Assembly: GCA_030390025.1 (NCBI GenBank)
Contig: CM059433.1
Coordinates: forward strand, 13,890,001-13,954,000
DNA length: 64,000 nt
Source: Squalus acanthias
Taxonomy: Eukaryota
Reading direction: 5' to 3'
Part shown: positions 52,426 through 64,000 of the stretch, one piece after another
How the letters are laid out: every line of letters starts with the position of its first letter
How positions within the stretch are numbered: the stretch's first letter is position 1
Notes under the pieces: model-generated
The model's database searches: none
What the model saw: only the letters and a program-made list of their open reading frames with translations
What the model was told of the DNA's origin: nothing
Position numbers and translations under genes: made by a program

Positions 52426-52996
52426 CACCTTTAATTGATCTAAGGATGTGCCTTTTGACAAGTCAACTTTGCAACCATAAAAGGACAGGACAAGTTAAAC
52501 TCAGCTGCAACTCAGAAGCAGAATAATAAATTGTACATTTCACAGCATAATGTTCATGTCATTATAAAACAGCGTATCACCTGCCTTACTGTGAGCAACC
52601 TACAGGGGATTTGTCAATTTTAAAAAGCTGAGAAATGGTTCTGTTTTTCGACCCAATTGCACACTCCTCCTAAAATTGAATTCATTTTTTCACAAGGAGA
52701 TAGCATTGACCTGCTTTGTGATTATACATCAGTGTGTTTGAGGTTGCTGTGGGCCATTGCAGGTAAGAAACTGTTATATTTAACTTCACTACACATGCCT
52801 TCATATCTCTGCAAACATAAACATGATTAATCCAAAGCAAACTGCATCTTCTGGTAACGTTATACATTGCAATGGAAATGTAATAATTTCTCATCATTGT
52901 AAAGGACTCTGTCCCATAATGTACCTAAACATCTGTTCACAAACAATATCAGAAACATTCCAATTTGCTCAGTCTTTGTCCCTCTGGATTACAAAC

Positions 52997-53124
52997 CTTA
53001 ATTGATCTGCTCCAGCTCTGTACCTCGAGACTCGAGCCATCGACAAAGGGACCGATAAGGTATCTAGCCAACGCTTCTCATATTTTGGTTCATTAGCTGA
53101 AGGTGAAGAAGGTGATGATGGTGC
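52997..53124 (-). CDS. SNTG2: Internal coding exon of gamma-2-syntrophin (128 nt, phase 0 to phase 2)
   Basis: Translates APSSPSSPSANEPKYEKRWLDTLSVPLSMARVSRYRAGADQLR, nearly identical to my recollection of vertebrate SNTG2 (APSSPSSPIAKDPRYEKRWLDTLSVPLSMARISRYKAGTEKLR). Flanked by acceptor ...ttattccgtacAG and donor AG|GTttgt on the minus strand. Confidence 0.9.
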
Positions 53125-54967
53125 CTGTACGGAATAAATGAGACGTGTCAGAAACACCATCTAATCTGAAAGCTACTACAGTGCATCTAGTATTGGTTTA
53201 TGTCTGGAATAATTCACAGCACCTTACATTATTAATGTCCAGATTTCATAAATAACCAATTAGACAGATGAAATTTAAAAAAATAACCAGCCCAGAGGGT
53301 TGTGACTGATGGCTATTATATCAACTAAAAATTCAGAAATGTGTACTAACTAGCTTCTAAGTGTGTCTAGTAATATATACTCATACATGAGCTTAAAGTT
53401 CACAAATTCAATGTTTGATCCATTCTCTACTGAATTTTCATGCCATCAACTTGTGGACAACCTTTATGAGAAGATCATTAGAATAGGAAAAGTCTAACCC
53501 ATGTTGTGTTCAATTTTTAAGTTCAGTTCCCGCCAGTTCCCCCCCCCCCCTGCCCCCACCAATTTAGAATAGAATAATATAAAACTAAAGATTTAACATT
53601 GAAGCTTTTTAACAACTCAGTAATATAACAAAATTGCGAACTTCATCATCATCATCGGTCATCTATTGTCGATGCTTTTGCTCTTTTGTGGGCTTGCTAT
53701 GTACTGAGGCTGCATCACGGCTCAAGATTGCGGATTCTGTTGCCTAATTCAAGGATTAGCTCAACCGCATTTTGATGCATTTACCTCCCTCAAGGGTCTC
53801 ACTATCCTCCTCCAGGCGCTCACTGCCCGAAGCCGTTGGCATTTTCTGGCGGTGGCCGGGTTACTTAACCGCCACCCGATGCTGACCAGTTACAGGTAGT
53901 ACTGTCTACTTTCATTGCAGGAGCAGGTTTTAACAGCTGACCTGACAACTTTTGGTGAACTCAGTTTCCTGTTAAAACGTAAGTAGACGTCTGATATGTC
54001 ACACAATAATAGAGTCTGATAAGAAGTCAGGAAGGAATCATTAGAAATTTATATAAGTCAGAGCAGAACAGTGCACACGTTGATAGATTGTACCGTTGCA
54101 CAAAACAGCAATCATGTTACATATATCAACAGGAGAAATACCTCTGCACCATAATGAGTAATGTTTTTACTGGGTGACCCCTTGATTCCAAGGTAGTTGC
54201 AAATGTGTGTAGCCGTGTACTGTAGAAATCTATATTTTTTATGTTTATGGGACATAAATAATAATAATCGATTTAATTAATATGTTAAACCTAATAATGT
54301 ATGTATATTAAATAATGGGAAAAGAGCAAGCTTCACAAATTAAAATCTTTCAGACGATTGTATTCAAGGTTGTTGACTGCTCCCACCAAACACTCTCTGC
54401 AAGTACCGCAGATCATACTGGAGTAAGAATGTTTAGTCCTTAGTCCTGGAATCGAGCTCTGAGAGCTAATTAAAGTATGAGGCACAGCTAGCTGCTTTAA
54501 TGTCATTGAGGTCCTATAATCGCAGCATAAAACAAGCCGGAATATTTATTATTAGTAGCTGTAGACAGATTTGACCCTGAAATCCATTTTAAATTTAACA
54601 TCTCAGCTACCAACGTAGCAGGAGCTGTATATATATACCGGAAACTTTCGTTTATCCGGCACCCAAATATCCGGAATTCTCACATAACCGGCAAAAATCA
54701 TCCTCCGAAAACTCCTCTCAAATAACCGGCAATGTTGCCGAGTCGCAGTCGAGTCTCCGCGAATGCCGAGTGCTCCGAAAACTCCTCTCAAATAACCGGC
54801 AATGTTGCCGATCCCGAGTCCGAGTCCGAGTCCGCGAACGCCAATTTAGTCAGTAGGGGTACTTTTCAAAAGTGCCACTACTCGGCCTCCTGGCGCTGTC
54901 GCAAGTCCGAAACATTGCAGTAGCAGGAGTTGATTCTCCCGCGCTGCCTGGAGTCTCTTCGGATCGG

Positions 54968-55215
54968 CCATTTTGCTGGGTGTCTCCCGCGATGCTGGTA
55001 GTCTCTTCTGATCCACCATTTTGCTGTGTGTCTCCCACGCTGCTGGTACTGTAGTCTCTTCTGATACACCATTTTACTGTGTGTCTGCCACGCTGCTGGT
55101 ACTGTAGTCTCTTCTGATACACCATTTTACTGTGTGTCTGCCACGCTGCTGGTACTGTAGTCTCTTCTGATACACCATTTTGCTGTGTGTCTGCCACGCT
55201 GCTGGTAGTCTCTTC
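54968..55215 (+). repeat. 53-bp tandem repeat in the Tigger 5' region
   Basis: Unit CCACGCTGCTGGTACTGTAGTCTCTTCTGATACACCATTTTACTGTGTGTCTG starts at 55035, 55088, 55141 and 55194 (partial), with shorter degenerate units upstream. Confidence 0.9.
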
Positions 55216-55279
55216 CTAGCCACCATTGTTCTGTATGTCTTTCCATCTTCATCGGCAATTATCTCCTCCATCTTGCATT

Positions 55280-57052
55280 ATGGAATTCCCAAAAGCTGGT
55301 CCAAGAAAAAGGAAAAGAGTGGTCTTAACTTTAAAACAGAAAATCGAGATATGCCAACGACTAGAAAGGGGAGAGAAGCGTATCAACATTATGAATGAAT
55401 TCAAAATCGGTTCGTCAACAATCTATGACATCAAATCGCAGAAGGATAAGCTGCTCAAGTTTTATTCAAGCTCGGAGACATGCAAGAGTGTAGAGAAACG
55501 GCGTACGCTTCGTAAGCCTAAGCTTGAAGAGCTGGATACCGTGCTTTATGAATGGTTTTCTCTTAAGCGTTCAGAGGGTGTTCCAATTTCCGGACCCATG
55601 CTCATCGAGAAAGCAAAGGAATTCTACGATAGGATGAAGCTCACTGACAAGTGTGCTTTCTCCGATGGATGGCTAACGTGCTTCAAGTTACGGCACGGGA
55701 TACGACGACTCGATATTTCCGGGGAGAAGAAATCAGCTGATCACGAAGCCGCAGAAGAATACTGCGATTATTTCAATCGGATTGTGCAGCAACATGATTT
55801 GTCGCCAGCACAGATCTACAATGCCGATGAAACTGGCTTGTTTTGGAGGTTTTTGCCAGAATCAACGCTTGCTGGGGCTAGTGAGGCTAATGCTTCAGGT
55901 TACAAGAAAAATAAAGATCGTGTAACCGTGCTAACATGTGCGAACGCCGCTGGATCACACCGGGTTAAACTTCTTGTTATCGGGAAGTATAAAAATCCCC
56001 GTGCATTTAAAAATGTGAGGCACTTACCTGTTGAGTACAAAGCTCAAAAAAATGCTTGGATGGATAAGGAAATCTTCTCCGAATGGTTCCATCATATTTT
56101 TGTTCCATCTGTGAAGGAACATTTCCGCAGAATAGGGAAACCTGAAGATAGCAAATGCATTTTATTGCTTGATAATTGCAGAGCCCATCCGCATGAATCC
56201 CAGTTGGTTTCGGGAAATATTTTCACCATTTATTTGCCACCAAATGTAACTTCTCTCATCCAACCCATGGACCAGGGCGTTATCCAAAATCTGAAGTGTC
56301 ATTACAAGAAAGACTTCCTACGTAAACTGCTAAGCCAAGATAAGAATATTCAAGATTTGCAGAAGGAATACAATATTAAAGATGCCATCTATAATGTTGC
56401 ATGTTCCTGGAAATTGGTGAAAGGTCACACTCTGAGGCAAGCCTGGCGCAAATTGTGGCCTTCTGTAATGTTTGCTGAAGGTTCTTCTTCAGAGGAGGAA
56501 TTTCATGGGTTCAGTGTTCGTCCCAAGAAGAGTACAATAATGGAAATGGCTGGAATGGTGAAAAATGCAGGCCCAGCAAATCCTCTACGTCACCCCAGTG
56601 AAAGTGATATCGAGCAGTGGGTTGATGCAGATAGAGAAGTTGGTATTGTGCATATGCTAAGTGATGATGAAATAATTCAGAATGTTTTGAATCCAAAGAA
56701 AGAAAAGGATAGCGAGATGGAAAGTGAAGAGGATGAGATTTCTGAAGAAGAGAAGATTTCTTGGGCTAAAGCTGCAGAAGGATTTTCTACAATCCTCAAA
56801 TTTGCTGAAAGGCAGAATTGCTACTCTGCACAAGAAGTTATGCAACTCCATATTCTGCATTCCACCTTTCTACAGAAAAGGCAAGAGTCCACTAAGCAAA
56901 CCGACATCCGCAACATGTTTAAGAAAGCTTCCAAAAGAGTCGCAGCAGCGGAAGTGCCTGAAGAATCTGTGGCATCGGTGGAACTGCGTGATCCTGATGA
57001 CCCAGCTGGCACGGATACGGATATTTCTGATGAACCAGATGACTCGGAATAA
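55280..57052 (+). CDS. Tigger/pogo transposase, 590 aa, intact
   Basis: ATG at 55280. N-terminal HTH ([11 protein letters not shown]), CENP-B-type HTH (LYEWF...GPML...FSDGWL..FK.RHG), catalytic YNADETG / LLDN / QPMDQG with 32 residues between the 2nd and 3rd Asp, acidic C-terminus. Confidence 0.95.
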   Translation: MEFPKAGPRKRKRVVLTLKQKIEICQRLERGEKRINIMNEFKIGSSTIYDIKSQKDKLLKFYSSSETCKSVEKRRTLRKPKLEELDTVLYEWFSLKRSEGVPISGPMLIEKAKEFYDRMKLTDKCAFSDGWLTCFKLRHGIRRLDISGEKKSADHEAAEEYCDYFNRIVQQHDLSPAQIYNADETGLFWRFLPESTLAGASEANASGYKKNKDRVTVLTCANAAGSHRVKLLVIGKYKNPRAFKNVRHLPVEYKAQKNAWMDKEIFSEWFHHIFVPSVKEHFRRIGKPEDSKCILLLDNCRAHPHESQLVSGNIFTIYLPPNVTSLIQPMDQGVIQNLKCHYKKDFLRKLLSQDKNIQDLQKEYNIKDAIYNVACSWKLVKGHTLRQAWRKLWPSVMFAEGSSSEEEFHGFSVRPKKSTIMEMAGMVKNAGPANPLRHPSESDIEQWVDADREVGIVHMLSDDEIIQNVLNPKKEKDSEMESEEDEISEEEKISWAKAAEGFSTILKFAERQNCYSAQEVMQLHILHSTFLQKRQESTKQTDIRNMFKKASKRVAAAEVPEESVASVELRDPDDPAGTDTDISDEPDDSE

Positions 57053-58129
57053 GTGTACAGTCAACTACAGTACTGTAGACAGTCGTTTATAAGTTTTGTT
57101 TTACTGTTAAGTAATTAAAGAGTTATGGATTACCCTCAACTGGCAGTACTGTACTTAATCAAGCATCTTCCACTAACCATTTAACACAACATTCTGTAGG
57201 TGAGTACCCAAATACTGTATACTGCACATTTCTTGATTTTTTTAGGTTAAAAATAGCCTCGGTAGATATAACTCTCCGTTATCCGGTACTTTCGATAAAC
57301 CGGCACCACGCCGGTCCCGTCGATGCCGGATAAACGAAAGTTTCCTGTATATATTTTTAAATCTCAAACAGTTCTTTAGCTAAGTTGTATCTGAGAGATG
57401 CCATCGCCAGCAATTTACGCGCCACCATCTTCAATCTCCAGATGCCTTTTTTCAGAAATGGGGTCTGCTACCTCAGTCAACCTGTGAAAAATCTACATAT
57501 TAATATTTTGAACTAACTAATGCAGATTTCGGGGAATATCTTCCTCGCTAAAATTCAAGAAAAACGACTTTACTAAACTGTTATTGGTATTTAATGGCAA
57601 TTTAGATAAAGCATTTTTCTGTAACTTTAACACACATCGGCACAGAATTTCATAGCACGCTCTTCCAATGCCACATAGCAGTCATAATGTGATGAAGATT
57701 AGTTTACCGAATGAACGGCACCATCTGCAACATATACATTTTTCTGGCATTAAGTTGAAATATCAGAGTATATTTCAGTAGAAATTCAAATCTTCCTGCT
57801 ATAAATCTCCTCGTGTTGTCTGTACTTTATGCCTTTGAGTTACAAATGTTCATTTAAAAGCTGTAGCTGAAAAAATAATCCAAATGTGATTCTGGATTTT
57901 CAAAATTTCTTCTGTCCCCTTAATCAGAAAATATATCTTCTTCAATTAAAAAATAATTTTTAATCTTCCTTGATTCTTCTTTTCTGCTTCTGTCATTCCA
58001 TGAGAAAAATGTAGCATATTCATCATGAGATGATTAAATGTATCCTTCATTCTATTGCTTTTGGTTTATTCTTCTGAACCTCCCTTCACGATGGGCCGAA
58101 GGGCCTCTTTCTGTGCTGTATAACTCTAT

Positions 58130-59022
58130 GGGGTAGAAATTAGGTCGCGCCCCATTTGGGGCGCAAATATCGTCTGGACGCAAATATTAGCGCCTGGCGC
58201 TAATTATCGGCACTGACTGGAAACTTCACTTTTACCGCCCCGGGAGGTGAGTGGAGCGCTAAAGCAGGCGCTGCACACCTGTCTTAAGGTGCAAAGGCCA
58301 AGGAGTGAGGCGCTAACTCAGAGCGCTGGCGAAGCTCATGTAATGTCAGTCAGCAATGGAACACACACACAATGGCACGGGCCAGTTCTTAAAGGGGATG
58401 GTTAATCTTGCTTTCCATCCACATCCTGTTCATTGCAGCCTTGAATCTCGGCCTGGAGAGACTTGCACATCAAATGTGCTGGAAAGAACAATGGAGAGAA
58501 CCAGGGAAAGACCTCAGAGTGCACCTCCCACAGTCTCTGCTAAATCGATACAAGGAATGGCAAATCAAAATGAACCTGCAAAGTGCTGCTCAGTACCCAA
58601 AACTCCTTCCCACAACTTTGAATCTCTCCAGAAGTCTCTCCCTCTCTCTCTCAGAATGCGTAGTTCAAAAATGCCACCAACAATAAAAGACAGGAAGAGG
58701 CCCCGTTTAAATAGCGCCCCCCCCAGCCCCACAGCGATTGATAGCGTTCCAGTCTTCTGGTCGTTGGATGCGGCAGGCGGTAAGGCAGGGGGCGCCACTC
58801 AATTTCTGCTCCGGGGCGCCACAAGGGCGTTGCACCATGGAATGACGTCACAATCTGCGCGCGCAGGTGGTCGCAGCGGTAAGTTTTAGCGCCGCTGCAC
58901 AATCTCAAGTTAAGTTCTCGAGCGGCGCAAACATCGCTGCGCCCGGGCGTTAGCGGCTTTGCGCCCCATTAGCGCCCTCTTAAGGCGCTAACGGGAGGCG
59001 CAACCAACTGAATTTTTACCCC
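58130..59022. mobile_element. GC-rich MITE, family C (opposite orientation)
   Basis: GGGGTAGAAATT...AATTTTTACCCC; TSD TAT; reverse-complement similarity to 29241-30135. Confidence 0.88.
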
Positions 59023-59429
59023 TATAACTCTATGACTCTCGGTTCTTTTCTTGGTGGGTAATTTTAGCCCCCCAAAATGGGTGGGTTTGTATCAGGTGGA
59101 AGGTTAAAACGTTAAAAATCTGAAACAGGAACCCAACCTGCCTCAATCCCGCCCACTTCCCATTTTAACGGAGGCGGGACAAGGGATGGGCGACCAATTT
59201 GCTCGCAGGAAGTGGGTCAGTCATTGAAACCTTTTAAGGAGGCTACATACCTTCACTTTAACAGTGTTTCTATATTTAACCCACGCTGGCCGGGTTTCCC
59301 GGGCCTCGGGAAACCCAGCAGGTAAAAGGAGGCAGGAAGGGCTGGATCCATGAGGTAAGTGCCTTTACAGCACTGCTTGTAGGTCAGGAGGAGCAGGAGT
59401 GTTTCCTCCAGGCCCAACAAGTTACCCAG

Positions 59430-59865
59430 TAAACCACCCCCCCCACCACGATCTTGCTCCCCCCCACCCCGCTCCTCCCCCTCCCCAATGATCGGAATCC
59501 CCTGACCACTGTCTCCCCCTCCCCAATGATCGGACCCCCCCCGCAACCATCATCTCTCTCCCTGTGATCGAACCCCCCTGGCCACCATTTCCCACCCCAC
59601 CACAATCTAACCCCAACTACGCTGTACTCACCCGACCACCATCTCCCCCACTGACCACCATCTCCCAGTCCCCGACCACAATCTTCCCCCCTGACCACCA
59701 TCTACACCCTGACCACAATCTACGCCCCTGACCACCATCTACACCCTGACCACAATCTACCCCATGTACACCATCTCCCCACTAGACTATGATCTCCCCC
59801 CCTCCCCCGACCACAATCTACCGCCCTCCGACCGCCATCACCCCACCCCCCCCACTAGACCCCCT
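59430..59865. repeat. C-rich minisatellite (CCCTGACCAC(C/A)ATCT-like units) inside a MITE-like element starting ~59055
   Basis: Repeated ~18-20-bp units visible at 59630-59840. Confidence 0.75.
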
Positions 59866-60224
59866 GACCTGCTGTTTGCTCGATGGGTCCTTGAGCTGCA
59901 GGCTTTCCCACCCGGCAAGCAGCCAGCCCGGCAAGCAGTACCAGTGGAGTATTAGGTACATTGGAAAGAACATCTGCTTTCAAATAATTTTTAAAATTCC
60001 AGTCTCTCCAGGCTGAGATCATGACCTGGACCCCCAGGTGGGGCCCACTTCCGCCATTTGGTGGCAGGGTACGCCTCGTCCCACCAAGCTTACCGCCACA
60101 AATCCCACTGAGATACAGGGAGTTGGGAAGTCTCGGCGTTGGGAATCCCAGTAACTTGTTATGCTGCTGACTGCGTAAGGGGTGGGCGGATGCTTGGCCC
60201 CTTACAGCCTGTGGAAAAATTTTT

Positions 60225-61975
60225 TTTTTTTATTCGTTCCTGGGATGTGGGCATCGCTGGCGAGGCTAACATTTATTTCCCATCCCTAGTTGCCCTTGAG
60301 AAGGTGGTGGTGAGCCGCCTTCTTCAACCGCTGCAGTCCGTGTGATGAAGGTATTCCCACAGTGCTGTTAGGGAGGCAGTTCCAGGATTTTGACCCAGCG
60401 ATGATGAAGAAACAGCGATATATTTCCAAGTCAGGATAGTGTGTAACTTGGAGGGAAACTTGCAGGTGATGGTGTTCCCATGTGCCTGCTGCCCTTGTCC
60501 TTCTAGGTGGTAGAGATTGCAGGTTTGGGAGATGCTGCCGAAGAAGCCTTGGCGAGTTGCTGCAGTGCATCTTGTAGATGGTACACACTGCAGCCACGGT
60601 ACGCCGGTGGTGGAGGGAGTGAATGTTTAAGGTTGTGGATGGGGTGCCAATCAAGTGAGCTGCTTTGTCCTGGATGCTGTCGAACTTTTTGCGCATTGTT
60701 GGAGCTGCACTCATCCAGGCAAGTGGAGAGTATTCCATCGCACTCCAAACTTGTGCCTTGTAGATGGTGGAAAGGCTTTGTGGAGTCAGGAGGTGAGACA
60801 CTCGCCACTGAATACCCAGCCTCTGACCTGCTCTTGTTGCCACAGTATTTATGTGGCTGGTCCAGTTAAGTTTCTGGTCAATGGTAACCCCCAGGATGTT
60901 GATGGTGGGGGATTCGGTAATGGTTATGCCGCTGAATGTCAAGGGGCGGTGGTTAGACTCTCGCTTGTTGGAGATAGTCATTGCCTGGCACTTATGTGGT
61001 GCGAATGTTACTTGCCACTTATCAGCCCAAGCCTGAATGTTGTCCTGGTCTTGCTGCATGCGGGTATGGACTGCTTCATTATCTGAGGAGTTGTGAATGG
61101 AACTGAACACTGTGCAAACATCAGCGAACATCCCCACTTCTGACCTTATGATGGAGGGAAGGTCAAGATGGTTGGGCCTAGGACACTGCCTTGAGGAACT
61201 CCTGCAGCGATGTCCTGGGGCTGAGATGATTGACCTCCAACCACCACAACCATCTTCCTTTGTGCTAGGTATGACTCCAGCCAGTGGAGAGTATTCCCCC
61301 TGATTCCCATTGACTTCAATTTTACTAGGGCTCCTTGATGCCACACTCGGTCAAATGCTGCCTTGATGTCACTCTTACCTCACCTCTGGAATTCAGCTCC
61401 TTTGTCCATGTTTGGACCAAGGCTGTAATGACGTCTGGAACCGAGTGGTCCTGGCGGAACCCAAACTGAGCATCGGTGAGCAGGTGCCACATGATAGCAC
61501 TGTCGACAACACATGCTGATGATTGAGAGTAGACTGATGGGGCAGTAATTGGCCGGATTAGATTTGTCCTGCTTTTTGTGGACAGGACATACCTGGGCAG
61601 TTTTCCACATTGTCAGGTAGATGCCAGTGTTGTAGCTGAAGTGGAACAGCTTGTCTACAGGTGCAGCTAGTTCTGGAGCACAAGTCTTCAGCATGACAGC
61701 CGGGATGTTGTCGGGGCCCATAGCCTTTGCTGTATCCAGTGCATCAACTGTTTCTTGATATCACATGGAGTGAATCGAATTGGCTAAAGACTGGCTTCTG
61801 TGATGGTGGGGACCTCAGGAGGAGGCCGAGATGAATCATCCACTCAGCATTTCTGGCTGAAGATGGTTGAAAACGTTTCAGCCTTGTCTTTTGCATTTAC
61901 ATGCATCTTTGAGGATATGGATATTCATGGAGCCTCCTCCTCTCATTAATTGTTCAATTGTCCACCACCTATCCC
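60225..61975 (-). mobile_element. LINE RT fragment, same family as 1228-1678
   Basis: GPDNIP, NYCPISLLS, GVPQGSVLGP, MFADV, HHHLLKGN. Confidence 0.9.
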
Positions 61976-62364
61976 GACGTTTGCAAGGCTGTGACCGTGC
62001 CTGTCCTGGTCCGGCTGTAATCTCCTGCCAGAGTTACAGAGCTATTATATCAGAAGAGCTGTGGATTCTTGTGGGAGAGAACATTTAAAAACAAAATTTG
62101 TACTTTGCAACATTATCTCTGCTCAGGAGTCAAAATAAAATATGTTTTGTACATAGCTGAAAGTTTGGAACACCTTGCAATAGAATATCCATTGAATACA
62201 TCCAATGCAAACTGCAGACTGCTATAAATAATAAAAACTTAGGAAATTCTACAGGCTTATTCATGCTGAGAAGATTAATATTGTAGTGTTATTGTTATGT
62301 ATGATATCTAAATGATACAACCACTGATATATATTTCTGACTTTTATGCTGCACATACAAAGTG

Positions 62365-62685
62365 CAGTCCTTGAAAAAGTACAACATCCCCACCGACACC
62401 TGGGAATCCCTGGCCCAAGACCACACAAAGTGGAGGAGAAGCATCCGGGAAGGCGCGGAACACCTCGAGTCTCTTCACCGGGAGCAAGCGGAAGCCAAGC
62501 GTAAGCAGCGCAAGGAGCGCACGTCAACCCAAGCACCCCACCCACCCGCCCCTTCAACCACCGTCTGCCCCACCTGTGACAGAGACTGTAGGTCCCGCAT
62601 TGGACTCATCAGTCAGCTGAGAACTCATTTTTAACGTGGAAGCAAGTCATCCTCGGTTCCGAGGGACTGCCTAGAAGAAGAAAAC
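62365..62685 (+). mobile_element. RTE-clade LINE 3' end
   Basis: SLKKYNIPTDTWESLAQD..KWRR...CPTCDRDCRSRIGLISQLRTH C-terminus, short UTR, (AGA)n tail. Confidence 0.8.
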
Positions 62686-63828
62686 ATACAAATACTTATT
62701 TAAGAAGCCACTAAGTTAAAATGCTAAATCAAATTTACCAGGAATGCTGGATTGTTGTACTTTGAAAAATAACCCAGTTTTATGATTGACTGTTCCCTAC
62801 GGATTACTGCCTGGAATTCCTGTGGGGTTCTCCAGCGGGAGATCGGTAGAACCCTCAGAGAAATGGCTGAAACCATTAAAAGAAAGGCCACTGATGCCAT
62901 TTCTCCAGGGTTACCACTGACTTTCTGCCAAAATGACGGTGGGGTTATCAGGAGGTCGCCCACGGAATCTTCGGGTCCATAAGTGCAAATGAGCTCAATC
63001 TTTTCACTAGAGAAACGTTTTACAAGTAAAAAGTGCAGAAATTTGCAGCACCTACCAATCAAAGTTGCGAATTATGTAACGAGTTTGAAAGTTAAGTAGA
63101 TACATGCACAAGTGGCAGGATAGTTGTCACTAACCTGTGAATGTTTGACCTGATTATTACCCTCTTACCTGCACAGTGCAGTGACTCCCGTGACTGTGCA
63201 AACGCTTCTGAGTTTATAAGAGAGAAGTTAATTTGATTTGATCGTGATAGATAATTAGCTGAAAGAAAATGTAATTTTATAATGTTTGCTTGCATGAACA
63301 ATTGCTCAGACGTTTTTCAGGATTATGGTATGGATATTTGAGGGTGCTCTCTAATCATCAAATTTGGAGAGCACTGTGCATGCTGGAACATATTATTTAA
63401 TGCAACCAAGATCATTGATTTTTTTACCGAGTTAATAACAGCTATGTCTATTTTGGTCACACTTGGTTACAGTCACCACGACTGTTGCATTTTTCATTCA
63501 AAATTCAGTCGGTTTCACTGGATTGACCATGTATGAACTGAATAAAGAGGATCATGAAGGATTAGTGAATTATATAAATTTTCAGATTACAGAGAGCTCT
63601 GCCTGAAAGACCATCTGTACAGTCAGACCACGTAATGTCTGTTCCAATAATAAAATATCAGTGCCAGGGGACCGTGGTTACGATTTTTCCTATGATGGAC
63701 AGGAGTGACTTTATCACCATCTGTAGTGGGTAAAAAAAAATTGCCAACCCAACCTCAGAAATTTAACACTTAACTATCCAGAAAAGAGAATTTACAATTT
63801 GTAGTATATCCATGTTATTAAGAGATAA

Positions 63829-64000
63829 TGGGCCGTTTTATGCGACCCCTACGGGTGCTTACGAGGTGGGTACGAAGCGCATGCGCTAAAACCCGGCACT
63901 TGCGATCTGTCAAGAATCCTCTTGACAGATCCTTCGCATCCCCGGGAGACGGGCCTCTGCGGGTGGAGAGTTGCGCTATTTGCCCAACTTCCGCCTGCTG
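63829..64000. mobile_element. MITE family D, cut by the window end
   Basis: Similar to 36013-36200. Confidence 0.8.

Larger units (their letters stand above)
54638..57347 (+). mobile_element. Full-length pogo/Tigger-family DNA transposon (2710 bp)
   Basis: 24-bp TIRs C(C/A)GGAAACTTTCGTTTATCCGGCA at 54638-54661 and 57324-57347. TA on both sides within a (TA)n tract. Single long transposase ORF. Confidence 0.96.

Noticed and set aside
54968..55215. CRISPR-like array
   Set aside because: Head-to-tail tandem units without unique spacers, inside a eukaryotic transposon; no cas genes.
55280..57052. Domesticated TIGD/JRK host gene
   Set aside because: Intact TIRs and TA flanks indicate a transposon; no gene symbol assigned.

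Overview
Eukaryotic, repeat-dense intronic DNA. The CR1, L2, Penelope-like and tRNA-SINE complement suggests a cartilaginous fish, which is my inference. One host exon is recognisable: a 128-nt minus-strand coding exon of gamma-2-syntrophin (SNTG2, 52997-53124). Much of the remainder is layered transposable-element sequence. (i) A very young full-length Gypsy (Mag-like) LTR retrotransposon at 44010-48451 has 194-bp LTRs differing at 1 base and a GGGGC TSD. It has no tRNA primer-binding site. In its place is an 11-nt sequence perfectly complementary to its own LTR and covering the ATTAAA signal, which suggests self-priming and/or poly(A)-site occlusion. (ii) A full-length pogo/Tigger DNA transposon at 54638-57347 has an intact DD32D transposase. 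(iii) A fossil two-gene PIF/Harbinger element (Myb/SANT plus HARBI1-like transposase, ~41500-50160) is not resolved by the ORF track and hosts the Gypsy. (iv) About 12 Harbinger-type MITEs, many with 3-bp TSDs. (v) Nested CR1-in-CR1-in-Gypsy, a solo LTR, and L2, RTE and SINE fragments. No prokaryotic features, CRISPR arrays, rRNA genes or tRNA genes were found. All family assignments come from motif recognition, not database searches.
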